From: Cladosporium halotolerans
Lineage: Eukaryota
DNA: 64,000 nt
NCBI RefSeq assembly: GCF_011745625.1
Contig: NW_027191485.1
Location: 62,001 to 126,000 of the forward strand
Reading direction: 5' to 3'
Shown here: in pieces, positions 21,408 to 32,205 of the stretch
Layout: each line of letters starts with the position of its first letter
Position numbering within the stretch: the first letter of the stretch is position 1
The notes under the pieces: model-generated
The model's input: the letters and a program-made list of their open reading frames with translations, nothing else
The model's database searches: none
Told to the model about the DNA's origin: nothing
Made by a program: the position numbers and the translations under genes

Positions 21408-23909
21408 CTATGCGGTGGCTTCACCACCAACTGCTGGCGTTGCTGCGGCCGCCGCTTCGCCGCCTGGGTGCATCTGTGTTGAATCTTTCTTGCCCAGATC
21501 TTTGGCCGAGTCCGTCAGTGCCGCAGAATCGAGCTTCTTGCCGACACCGGGCTCCGCCTCGCTCTCGGGCTGCTCAGAAGCCGCGGGCTCGGAAGCAGCG
21601 GCGTTGCTAGGCGTGGGCTCGTGCGGCGTCTGCTCGAGCGAGCGGCGCTCGGACGCCTGCCGCGAGGCCTCGCGGTCGGTCGCCGGCTGGCTGTCTCGCG
21701 CCATCGTCGCGTCTCCCATCCCGCGCCAGCGAGCCTCTTTCTCCTTGTTGTCGCTGTTCTCCCTCTTCACGTCCAGCGGGGGGCCTTCGTGGCGCGGGAA
21801 CCACGCCTCCGCTGTGCCCTTGGGCCCGGAGGCACTGTCGTTGAACATGCGGTTCATCATCTCACGATGCTTCATCACTGTTTCCGAGAGCTCGGCGTCC
21901 GGCTGCGTGCCGGGGGTGCCCGTCCTAGCTTCTGACCCGCCGCGGCGGTCGCCGTCCATGTCGCCTTCTCCGTCGTAGTCTCCTTCGTCCATGGCTTCGT
22001 CGTCTGAGATGCCGGAACTGTTAGCGGGCGCCAGCGAGCGGCCGGAGGTCGGTGTGCGGCCCTCCATCTCCGCCTTCTCCGCCTCTTTCTTCGCGTGCAC
22101 TTTGCGCAGGTTGTTGGCCGAGCTCACACTACGCATGTCGGGGCGGCCATCCTTGCGGATCAGGATGCCGTCTGAGTTACGGATTGGCTTCGTGCGGGTC
22201 TTTTTGCTCGCCGAGTTGGGGTCCATGTCGTTAGCCATGGCGTATGGGTCGGCGTTGGATGCTACAGGGGTCGCAGGGAACTCGTGCTCGTGTCCGGCCG
22301 CGAAGGGCATCCCGTGAGGCGGCACTCCGTGGTGCATCGCAACATCTGCAGGAATCTGGCGAGCGACTTCCGATGGGGAATATGCATGCTGGCCCGCATG
22401 ATGGCCGTTAGTCGCGGGCTGCTGGGCATAGCGTTCTCTCCAGTCCGGCGTGATCTGGACGTGTTCTTGCTGAGGCGTTTCTGCAGCTGAAGATGGGTGA
22501 TCCGCAGTGCCTGAGCTGCTTCGTCCGCCTCTTCCTCGTCCACCACGACCACGGCCGCCCCGACTCCCACGTCCACGTCCGCGGCCGGTAGTGCCAGTGG
22601 TGTTATGCTCGTATCGCCCGGCAGCACCTGCTTCACCTTCAGCTGGTCGCCAATGCTCTTCCGGTTGCCCCGTAGATGTTATGAAACGGTAGGAATTCGT
22701 CGAACCCTGACCGGGCACTTGCGAGGAATGATACTGAGGATGTGGTTGCACAGGGACCTCTCCAGACGGAATGCGTGGTCGTGCGTGAGCTGGATCGACG
22801 CTAGCGGCCTGCGAGTAAGGCGATTGGTGGTGCTCGTCGCCAAAACTGCTCCTGGGCTTTAAAGGTGCGAGCTTCGGTCGCTTCGGCGAGCCTGGTTGAG
22901 ACGAGTCGTGGTGCTGGTGTTGTTCGTCCAGGGCACGCTTAGGGCCTTGGTTGACATTCACCGCCGCCCAGCCGCTGGGCTGAGCGTCTGACTCGGGAGG
23001 ATGGGATCGCAGCGGGTGACCGTGAGCTGGTGGAGGACCTGTGAACGAATCTGCAGGCCGCCATCCGGACAGAGCTGCGGGTGGAGGTAGAGGCTCTGCC
23101 GCTCGGAATCCAGGCGGGCGAGCGGCTGGATCACTGGGGTTGGGCGGGCGCTCATGTGCGACGTGGACGCCGGGTGCAGGTTGAGATTCAAGGACAGGGC
23201 CAGGCGGAGGAATTGGTTGTCTACCTTGGTCTGCCGGGTGTGCTGCGCCTGGGCGAATCGCTGGTATAGGGTGGCCTGGGGGGTGCTGGGGTTGCTGCGA
23301 GCGAACGACATCGTAAGGTGGCTGGTCTGAACGTGACGGTGCTGCCTCAGGCGGAGGGCCTGGCGTGAGACTTGAGCTTTGGGTCTCGAAGCGCTTCAGC
23401 CTCTGTTTCATGAGCTCGATCTGGATTTTGAGATTGTCGACTTCGTTCGCTTTCGTAGTGACATTGGCTATCTGGTTGGCCAAGACCTCAACGTCGGCAG
23501 GGTCATATCGACCAGGATCCAAGGCCTTGGGTGCAGCCGGCCTCGCGCGCAGCTCGTTACGCATGTCTTCCATGACGCCGATGACCTGGACCATTTCGTG
23601 CTGCATGCGGCCGACCGTCTCACTAATGCGGGCGATGTCCTGGTGGTGGCCCTGGATCATGTTATAGTTGAACGACACCTGCTGCTCGAGGCGAGTGAGC
23701 ACATGGTTGAGCTCGACCTCGGTGGGCGGGCGGATGGCCTGGCCATGCTGCGGCTCCGGTGCGCCCATTGACGAAACGCGCGAGTGGGCGTGCGAGGGAG
23801 GCTGTGAGTGCGAGGGTGGTGGCGCGGCGTCCCTATAGGCGGCGTCCCTGGTCGCCGGCGTGGTTGACGATGGTGCGCCTGCTGCCTCCGCGACCCTCTC
23901 CGTCTCCAT
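21408..23909 (-). CDS. Uncharacterised, mostly disordered, probably nuclear protein (833 aa) with coiled coil, RGG tract and basic KDGRPDMR block
   Basis: Long ORF with typical codon bias. Coiled coil ~aa 65-175, NLS-like PKRPKL, GRGRGRGSRGGRGRGGRGRGG and KKTRTKPIRNSDGILIRKDGRPDMRSVSSANNLRKVHAKKE. Confidence 0.85.
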   Translation of the reverse strand: METERVAEAAGAPSSTTPATRDAAYRDAAPPPSHSQPPSHAHSRVSSMGAPEPQHGQAIRPPTEVELNHVLTRLEQQVSFNYNMIQGHHQDIARISETVGRMQHEMVQVIGVMEDMRNELRARPAAPKALDPGRYDPADVEVLANQIANVTTKANEVDNLKIQIELMKQRLKRFETQSSSLTPGPPPEAAPSRSDQPPYDVVRSQQPQHPPGHPIPAIRPGAAHPADQGRQPIPPPGPVLESQPAPGVHVAHERPPNPSDPAARPPGFRAAEPLPPPAALSGWRPADSFTGPPPAHGHPLRSHPPESDAQPSGWAAVNVNQGPKRALDEQHQHHDSSQPGSPKRPKLAPLKPRSSFGDEHHQSPYSQAASVDPAHARPRIPSGEVPVQPHPQYHSSQVPGQGSTNSYRFITSTGQPEEHWRPAEGEAGAAGRYEHNTTGTTGRGRGRGSRGGRGRGGRGRGGRSSSGTADHPSSAAETPQQEHVQITPDWRERYAQQPATNGHHAGQHAYSPSEVARQIPADVAMHHGVPPHGMPFAAGHEHEFPATPVASNADPYAMANDMDPNSASKKTRTKPIRNSDGILIRKDGRPDMRSVSSANNLRKVHAKKEAEKAEMEGRTPTSGRSLAPANSSGISDDEAMDEGDYDGEGDMDGDRRGGSEARTGTPGTQPDAELSETVMKHREMMNRMFNDSASGPKGTAEAWFPRHEGPPLDVKRENSDNKEKEARWRGMGDATMARDSQPATDREASRQASERRSLEQTPHEPTPSNAAASEPAASEQPESEAEPGVGKKLDSAALTDSAKDLGKKDSTQMHPGGEAAAAATPAVGGEATA

Positions 23910-26900
23910 GAGGGGGATTATGCCATGCGCACACGGCGGGGAGGCCCAGTACTAATGCTCAAGCTAAAGGGGAGAGCGCCGGGGCAATAAATGCCAGTGG
24001 TGTATACAACGTTGACCTTGGCGGGCCACAGGGCGTCGATCGCTGGGAGATCGTCAGTCGCGCGTTTCACTCGAATGCGAGCAGCGCGCCCAGACGAAAC
24101 ACGCCTGTGCCTGCACTCGGGGCCGGGGGGACTCACACCTGCTGCGCGGACGGCTATCGTCGCACGCGCACAGAGATGGCAGCAATGGGAGCAGGCGCAG
24201 GGCGGCAGGCAGGAGATCTACGGCGCAAAAGAAGCATCGAAAGATCGAAGGCAGAGGGCGGACGGCTGGAGCTTCACGCGGAAAACGCCGGGTCTCTATA
24301 CCTGCAGAGCCTTAACTCGTTCTAGCTACTAATGTTTAAGGGGACCCGGCGAGCCAATAAATCACGAACCGCGCGCGGCGAATCACAGCGCCCGTTTTTT
24401 GCTTGGGCTGATTAGGAATCCCCAATAATAATTGCCCCAACGGCTGGCCGGCCATTCCTTGCACCCGCCTAGCGCGATGTGGCAATCTACGGTTGGACCC
24501 AAGGCGATCGGCTAGCTGGCGCTCCTTGCGCCCTCACTACTGATGACATGCTATATTGGCCCTGCTGCGATCCTGCGAGCCATCCGCCGCCGCCGCCGCC
24601 GCCTGTCACGCCGCCCGCCCAGCGACGTCTGCGAGTGGCGATGCCCGCGCGCCTCACACGCCGCCTGCAGGGCCAAGCGAGCGCGCATTCGCACTAGCCT
24701 CTACGTACACCAGGTATCTGAGGCGTGTAGCGGGCGTGTAGCGGGCAGTGGGCGATGACAGCCGCTCTATCTCGTCGGTCGACGCGGCACGCTGGACGAC
24801 CAAACCTTCCGCCACGCGTGCAGGATGCGAGCCAGCGATAAGAGGCAAGCCGAGGGCAATAGCCTGCAATAGCCTGCCGTCCAGTGCCGCCGCCGCCACA
24901 TCCTCGTGTAGCACCAGCGGCCTGAGCTATACGAAATGAAAGTCTCCGCGCTGCGAATAATCTCCAGTCTCTACTAATCTGTGACACGGGCGGGGCCGTC
25001 ACAGACGCTGCTCGTAACTCTGTCTTCCAATACTCCCTAGCGTGGCGCACAGCCAGCAGCCAACAGCTCGCTGGGCTCGCGGCTCCTGCACTCACCGCAT
25101 CGAGTCGCGCATACGGTAGAGAGAGCTCCATAGCTTTGTGTCGTCCTGCCTGCGGCTGCCTCGAACAGCAAGGCGCATGGCATTTGTTGGTCACGGCACG
25201 TCACCATTGGCTGTGCAGCAGTAACCGCGAGCGGGGCCTATGCAGCACCGTGGCGTTCTGGACAGGAAGCACTGGCCTCGGAAATGAAAGATGGGGCCCT
25301 GATTGCTCTTGCGTGCACTCCAGCTAGGGCTGCGGCCGGCCGAGGGAATGTACGCTTGTTAGACGAGACGCGATGTAGGTAGATGAAAAGGCCCAGCACG
25401 CAGCAAGCCGATCCATGTCGTCGAAGGCAGCGTGCTGCTCTGAGACCGCATGCCGCTTGTCTCAAACTCGTTGCGAACCGCCGGTGTCAAGCCGCAGCAG
25501 AAGGTTTGCAGGCTCGCCATGACATGACACCAAAATCAGACTTTGCGCCTTGAGGTATTGTGCGATCTGTCAGAAATTGGGATCCGATTTAGGCCCTCCC
25601 TAGCGCGCTATAGAGTCCTGCAGCCGAACAACGGCGGAAGCCGATTCCTTGGAGATACACAGAAAGTGTACTGGATGGTACCGCTCTGAGCTTGCCGGCC
25701 TGATCGCTCTGGTTGGTCTGTGTTCACTCTGGCACTCGAGAAGCTTTACACGTGACGGCCTGCGATCTTCGGGCACGAGAACATCGCACCAGGGTAAAGG
25801 GTGATCGGCACTTCAGTTGTGTGATCGCCTCTCCACCCTCAACCCCAACTACAAACCTGCCGTAAATCTGAGTGGCAGGAAACTTTGCAAAGTTTAGAGA
25901 GTTTCACTGGCGCGCGTGAACAGCTGGCCCCTGTATACCGCGGTACCCTTTTGTGGCACATCGCTACTGGTCCGCGCACTGCCGCACTTCGCTACGCGTA
26001 AGCGATGACCAGTATAGCGTCCATGGCGCTGACTCTCACAGACATGTGATCGGAGAATACGTGTTGAGTTATATTGCAAAGTGTCACTAGGTGATCTGGT
26101 CAGACTACTGTCAGGGTCGCGGTCAACGTAAGCAGCTTGCAGCGTGCAGCGTCTGCGATCTCTGTACTACTCGACGCACAGCAGTAAGCACCGAATTGCC
26201 TGATTCGATTGATGCACCGCCTCGAAATCATGCAATATCCAATAATGGTACAGACACCTTGCCCCGGGATTCAGGCGTGCAGCATTCTTCAGAGTGGGCC
26301 GGCTCAAGTTTCTCATTAGGTACACATCTGACATCGGCGAGTCCAGCCACGAAGCAGTCCTGGTTCGCGAACGCCATCTTTCAAGTATTTGGATACTGTA
26401 CACGTGTGCAAGCGGCTTTGCCGCAATCTCGGATCTAGCATTCCGTTTGGATGGGCTGAGGCACTGTCGAGACTCTTGTAGTGTACTCGAGTATTTCGAA
26501 TATAGCGACGACGTGAGCAAGACCCCGGTGGATAATCTACATCGTAGCCTAATACCCTTGTGCTTTGACCGAGTAGGTACCTTGCCTCACCGTTTCGGAT
26601 TGAAAGGCTTGCATTTGCATGACATCTGTGCCTGAGGCAGCCACGCGTCGTGGATGGACGACTAGCATGCAGCTAGATATCTACGATAGCACGAATCGGC
26701 TATCTTGCGTGAGAAATACGATAATGGTTGCATCACACCATACGGGATTCAGTGTCAGCTACAAATCAAATTAATCTGGACACAAGCAATTGCTACATGT
26801 CATGCGATAGCTGCTTTACAGAGAGTGGTACGGCCGAGAATGATCTTTTCGTCAGCAAATTACGGCATCTCGGCAGCTCGGCTCGTCAATTTCATCAAGC

Positions 26901-27157
26901 GAGATATTTCGCGTGAAGATGAATTTTCAGAAGTCGGTAGTTGATAAAGTGGACACTTGTTAAAATCCGGACACTTCACAGTCAGTGCTTGTAACGAAAG
27001 AGGGATCAGCAAGCGGCCGTGATCATCACCAAGCTAACTTTGAGAGAACGCAGCAGCGATATGATCAGGGCGCAGCCCCAGCCCAGAACGCGGGTGGGTT
27101 GCAGATAGCAGCTTCATTGCAAGAGCGTGTGCTACGACCGCTAAATCATTATACTGC

Positions 27158-29455
27158 CTACTTGACAGCAATGAAGCCCACTCCCCTCCTGGCCTTTTCG
27201 CAAGCCTTCTTCAGCTTCTGCTCCTCGTCATCCGTCCACTTGACGCTCAGCTGATCCCACTTTTTGACCTTGTACTCCTGCTTGAACTTGGTCTGCAATG
27301 CTTGCATCTCAGAAAGCTCGCGTGGGTCGCCGGAACCAGAATACACGATGAACGCAGTGCACGGGGGCAGCGACTGGTAGATCTCGCGGATGTAATTACC
27401 CGTCTGCGATACAACATCGGCCAGCGGTGTATCTGTGCTGGAGGCTGTAGCCGAGTTGCGCAGGGCGTCTGAATCCACAGCCTTGCTGCGGTTCCACCAC
27501 CCTTGACGAGCCTCGAGCTCCCGCATGCGCGCCCAGATATAGTCAACGCCGTCTTTAGGCATGGTCTCGCCGGATTCATCGCCGGCAAGCGCTCGTTTGA
27601 CGCCTGCGACAACTTCGTCGTCGGTCTCGCAGCCGATTGCGAGCTTTGCCTGTGAACCGAATCCACGCATTGGTTCGCCCCAGTCTACTACAGCTCCTGT
27701 GCGATGCTCGTCTTCACCGACTGGGTTGACTTTGTCCCGCTTGGGCCTGATGGCACGTCCGAGGCGCCTGAAGATGCTTTCGCCAGAAGCCTCAGATGTG
27801 CCCCACGCCTTACCCCTCTCGCACTTTTGCTTGACCAGATCCAAGCAGGCCCGCGCATCCTCAACACTGTTGTGGCCGGTTGAGCCAGAACCTTTCTGGA
27901 TTTCGCGAGAGAGATACTTGCTGCACAGCCATTTCAGAGAAGACTTGAGTGGTGGACCTCGAGGATGAGGGAAAAGCAGCGCCGTGTCGATGATGAAGGG
28001 GTGTGTGAGATGGAGAGCATTGAGATCCGAGTTCAGACTGTGGCCGATCAAGATGGATTGCGGAGTCAGTATTGAGAGGAGCTTCTCCTGAATATCCCTT
28101 AATGTGGTAGTGACGCCCTCGAGCATTTGTGGCGTGATGCCAGAGTATTGTGTCAAATAGTTGGTGACGGGGTTATCGGGCTGCACGAACTCGTCCAATA
28201 CGACTTCTCCGTCCCAGTCGATGATACTGATACGTGTGAGACTGAACTCCTGCGGTGTGACGCCTTCAGGCGAAGTGATGCACATCTCACAGTCCATGGC
28301 CAAGACCTTTCGGCCGAGAGTGAGAGAGCCTTTTTCGATTTGATCTTCTGGTGCTTCACCGTCAGACAGCTTGCTCACTCCTGCAGTGTCGACCCAGCCG
28401 TCTTCTGTCGTTTTCTTATCAGCCTGCCTTCTCTCTGCTTCAGCCCGTCCGAGATCACGGTCTTCGGTGAAATGGGCTGGGTGCATCACGTATCCTTCGT
28501 CCATCAGCTCTGCAGTGGTGGCTAGGAGTTCTGTCACAGGTGTCCGTTTGTTCTTCCAATTGCGACCCTCAGGAGGCGGTTGCGGACCTTTGCGATTCTT
28601 CTCTTCCTTTGTTTTCGGTATCGGCGCAGTCAGCATAGATGCAAGTGGAGAATGCATGCGAGAGTTGCGATCATCGCCAGGAGTTTTCACCGGCCATAGG
28701 TGATCGAAGACTTCGCCGATAGGGACTAGGGGTGCTGGCAGCCGATCTTCGACCAGCTTGGTAGGATAGTAATCATCGGGATTGATGTTCAGTTTGCGAC
28801 GCTTCACGGGCTCAGCCTCGGGCTCGGCCTCTAGCTTTTGAGCCATGGCCTGCGGCACTACTGAAGGATTCACGGCAATGTCTGTGCCTGCGTCGGCGGC
28901 ATGAGATCCACCAAACAGTTGTGTACCGATGGAAGTGCCATTTGATTGTTCCTGCTGCTGCTGGACTGGCTCCTCTTTTCCATGCTCTCCTTCAGTGTCC
29001 TCCTTTGGCGAGGCATCAGAAGGCTCCAGAGATATTGCGCCGTTGAACATGCCAGCTTCCAGACCAGGTACCATCAATGCGACCACTTTGCGCACGTTCG
29101 AGTGGTGCTTGATGGAGCACCACTGAGGTGCTGTGCCATCCGCAAGCAAATAAAGCACCAGATTCTGCAGATCGTGGATCTTCACGAAGCTCTGCAGCCT
29201 TGCGTGCGCTGAATGCCCAATCGAAGGGTAGTTGCCTTTCTCTTTCGTCGGAGCCTTCTTGAGCTTCTTCGATCGCTTGGATCCAGCAACTTCCCATCCG
29301 TCGCCAGTGTCCAGATCCTTCGGCTCTTCCTTCGCTCCGTCTACTGTTGGGCTGTCGGCTGTGGGTGATGCGCCGTTAAGACGCGAAAGAGTTTGGCCTA
29401 CGCTGGCATGGCTGAGACTCTCGTAGTCTTCTTGCGATCTCTTGCGTTTCGACAT
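27158..29455 (-). CDS. DEDDh RNA exonuclease, Rex1/Rnh70 (REXO1/5)-like, ~765 aa
   Basis: ExoI LAMDCEMC, VTNYLTQYSGIT, ExoII GHSLNSDL, IIDTALLF, ExoIII GHNSVEDA. First ATG at 29455 (MSKRKRS). Confidence 0.92.
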   Translation of the reverse strand: MSKRKRSQEDYESLSHASVGQTLSRLNGASPTADSPTVDGAKEEPKDLDTGDGWEVAGSKRSKKLKKAPTKEKGNYPSIGHSAHARLQSFVKIHDLQNLVLYLLADGTAPQWCSIKHHSNVRKVVALMVPGLEAGMFNGAISLEPSDASPKEDTEGEHGKEEPVQQQQEQSNGTSIGTQLFGGSHAADAGTDIAVNPSVVPQAMAQKLEAEPEAEPVKRRKLNINPDDYYPTKLVEDRLPAPLVPIGEVFDHLWPVKTPGDDRNSRMHSPLASMLTAPIPKTKEEKNRKGPQPPPEGRNWKNKRTPVTELLATTAELMDEGYVMHPAHFTEDRDLGRAEAERRQADKKTTEDGWVDTAGVSKLSDGEAPEDQIEKGSLTLGRKVLAMDCEMCITSPEGVTPQEFSLTRISIIDWDGEVVLDEFVQPDNPVTNYLTQYSGITPQMLEGVTTTLRDIQEKLLSILTPQSILIGHSLNSDLNALHLTHPFIIDTALLFPHPRGPPLKSSLKWLCSKYLSREIQKGSGSTGHNSVEDARACLDLVKQKCERGKAWGTSEASGESIFRRLGRAIRPKRDKVNPVGEDEHRTGAVVDWGEPMRGFGSQAKLAIGCETDDEVVAGVKRALAGDESGETMPKDGVDYIWARMRELEARQGWWNRSKAVDSDALRNSATASSTDTPLADVVSQTGNYIREIYQSLPPCTAFIVYSGSGDPRELSEMQALQTKFKQEYKVKKWDQLSVKWTDDEEQKLKKACEKARRGVGFIAVK

Positions 29456-30329
29456 CCTGGTGGTGTGACCCCGCGAGGAGCTGTACTGTGCGGCGACCAA
29501 AAAGTCGAGATATCAGAAAGGCAATCTTGAGCTTCTGCGACTCGCGCGGCAGTAAGCGCGCGTCTGTCCCGCCTCCGACGACCGCGATTGGACGACGTCA
29601 CGTTCGCGCTCTTGGGAACGTCTAACAACATCATCACTTCGTCCGCGATGTATACCTTGACTTAACTTGTTCGAACAAGTATCTTGCTTCAGCTGAATTA
29701 CAGAATCATGACAATGCAGTATGTGCCGGCGGCGCTGAAAACGGATCACCATCGTTCACCCATACAATTGAAAGGCATCGTCGAGTACAATTGTTCCGCT
29801 CCATGAGAGGTTGCCGAGGCATGCTATGGACGAGAACAGGATCGCAGACTGAGTCCATGGTTACTGGATCCCTTCCGCCATATATCTCTTTTCGATTCTT
29901 GAGGATTATCGACCCGTGTGTTGACAGCCCTTCTAAACTGTACCTGGATATCGTTTCCATCGGACTCGTTATGCTGGAGCCCTTGGAGACCTGGCAATCC
30001 CCACACACCACACCACACGTATTCCCAGTTGCGACCAGAATACCCTTTCTTAGGCTACGCGAAATGGTCGAACATCGATCGCGCCACCGGCACAACCGCT
30101 TGATCCCTACGCACACCTGGCTCGGAATCGCGTTACAGCCTCAGTGTCTGCTTTAAAGCTCGAGCGTGACCGATGATTCAACACTCCCCAATTGATATGC
30201 CGATGAAACGGCTGAATCGCCGCTGCTGTGACCAGGGCGTATTCGTTGTGCCTTCAAGTGCCATTTGCAAACGTCATCAAGAACGGCACAACGCGCGCCT
30301 TCCTCATCGAACACATCAAAGTTCGATCG

Positions 30330-30420
30330 GGTTCAATGGTCTAGCGGTTACGATTCTCGCTTAGGGTTGACCCTGAGTCTCGATTGCGAGAGGTCCCCGG
30401 TTCGAGTCCGGGTTGAACCC
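30330..30420 (+). tRNA. tRNA-Pro (anticodon AGG) with 18-nt intron
   Basis: Acceptor stem GGTTCAA/TTGAACC with C73, A-box TGGTCTAGCGG, anticodon stem CTCGC/GCGAG and anticodon AGG at 30363-30365. Intron 30367-30384 contains CCCT, which can pair with the anticodon loop. T-arm CCCGG-TTCGAGT-CCGGG and downstream T-runs (Pol III terminator). Confidence 0.95.
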
Positions 30421-30815
30421 ATTCTTTTGTCTTTTTCGAGCTTGTCGGCAGGTTTTTGGTCTTTTGCCTGCTGCATCTATGTTGCTGGGGCATCTGCGCG
30501 GGATCAAACGCCGCCAAAGGGGCCCGCATGATTCCGTGCACCAGCTGAAGAGCCTGGGGATTTGCACGGATCGGCACAGACCAGGACGAAATGAGAGTAC
30601 TACGAACGTGGATGAAACGTTGCGTCAGTAACATCCGTCCGATCTGAGAAACGTTGTGTATTCCATGCGAATGTTCCATGCGAATACGCGCACCTCCACG
30701 ATAGTGGGATGGCTTTCTATAAAAACACGCCCTCTAGAGTACCTGACTCTATCTTAACGCCTCCCCTAGTGTCCTACGCCATCAATGCTAATTCCTTTTT
30801 CATAGGCTGCTGTGT

Positions 30816-31839
30816 TTAAGCAGCCTGGGTCCCGTTCTGCTGGGGACGGTTCTGAACCAGGCGTACCAGGTTGCGCAGCAGCATCACAATTGTCACCTTG
30901 CCAATTGCGGGCACATATATCGACGCTCGCTCCTTGACATCAGGGTTGAAGTTCTGCGTCCATAGGTCAGTCATCATTCCACGCATTCAATGAAGGGAGA
31001 AGTCATCGTACCTTCTCACTGGAGAAATTGATGCATACAGCACCCTCCCTGATCAGGTGCGTAGGCACCTTGTACTTATCGCCAGGAACGCCAGAGATGA
31101 CAACATCACTGATCGGCAGGCATTGTTCGAGCCCCCAGCCTTCGAGGTCTTTGACCTCGTGCTTTTGCTTCCTAAGACCGCTGCCACGGCTGAATTGCTG
31201 CACACCGGTGATGTCGACGGAGTACACCTCGGCACCGTCATTCGCCAGAAGAGCAGCAAGAGGACGTCCAACGACTTCGCTACGGTTGATGACCGTGATG
31301 CGACGTCCAAAGAGGCGCTTGCCATAGTCCAGGAAAGTGTTGTAGACCCGCAAGTGCTCCAGAATCTTGATACAAGCCAACGGAGTGCAGGGGAGGATAG
31401 ACTTCTGCAGGTTGTTGGGAGGGTCAAGGAAACGGATGTTTTGGTACATGTTGCTGATCAGCTGTGGCGAGAGGCCCTCAACGTCCTTGTACATGCTGAC
31501 TGTCCATTGAAGGGTACGGTCGCGTTTTGAGTCAAAGACGGGGTAGTAGACGATCACGCCGTCGATGCTGTCGTTGGTGTTGGCATTCCTGAGCTCGTCC
31601 TCGAGATCCTCGCGCTCGACCTCGTGCAGGGTAAAGTCGAAACCGTTGTCTCTGCAGGTCTTGCCAGTCCAGTCGGCGTACATGCGTGCCGCGGGATCCT
31701 TATTGGCCAGATAGCCGTGCAGGTGAGGTTTCCTGTCGAGCTTGGACAGGCTGTCTTGCACTTCTGCAGAAAGTGGTTTGGCGATCGACGCAGCCAGGAC
31801 TACTTTACAAGAGCCCGCAGGCGGATTGGGAGCGGCCAT
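30816..31839 (-). CDS. MTD1: NAD-dependent 5,10-methylenetetrahydrofolate dehydrogenase, ~321 aa, 2 exons
   Basis: Motifs DPAARMYADWT, KDVEGL, KSILPCTPLA, VINRSEVVGRPLAALLANDGA and CINFSSEK|NF. Intron 30954-31011; exon 2 reads YVPAIGKVTIVMLLRNL. Confidence 0.93.
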
Positions 31840-32205
31840 TGCTGAAAGATACTTTGGTGCAATTACACAATCCGAGGTCGAGGTAGTGCTCCGTTCGACT
31901 CCAGACCCCTCGGGTAGACTGTCGATCGGCCAAATATGTCGAGTTGTGCCCAAATGATATCACGTTCTACAAAAACACAGCACTGCGTGACTTGACTTCA
32001 AGATTTGCGCAAATGCAGCCAACGCCCCGAATGCCGGCGCCATGCTTCACGCTAAACGCGGGTACGCCCGGGCCGGATTACACAGAAAAAGGCTGCCGTT
32101 GGACAGACTGACGTCGGCTGGCGATATCGCTTGGCGCCCGCGGCTCTGTCATCTGGCGACTTTTGAGGATTTGTTTGCATGTGACGAGCGAACGATGCGG
32201 GAGAA

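Noticed and set aside
23910..27157. Hidden ncRNA (telomerase RNA, 5S, snRNA) or pseudogene in the long intergenic gap
   Set aside because: I recognised no template, box motifs or protein similarity by eye. An Rfam/Infernal search would be needed to exclude it.
27158..30420. TRM5, REX1-like gene and tRNA-Pro as a tRNA-maturation cluster
   Set aside because: Functionally suggestive, but tRNA genes are dispersed and TRM5 is ~27 kb away. No evidence of linkage.
31840..31953. In-frame upstream extension of MTD1
   Set aside because: No ATG, contains several acidic residues and is not presequence-like. The ATG at 31839 gives the expected ~320-aa length.
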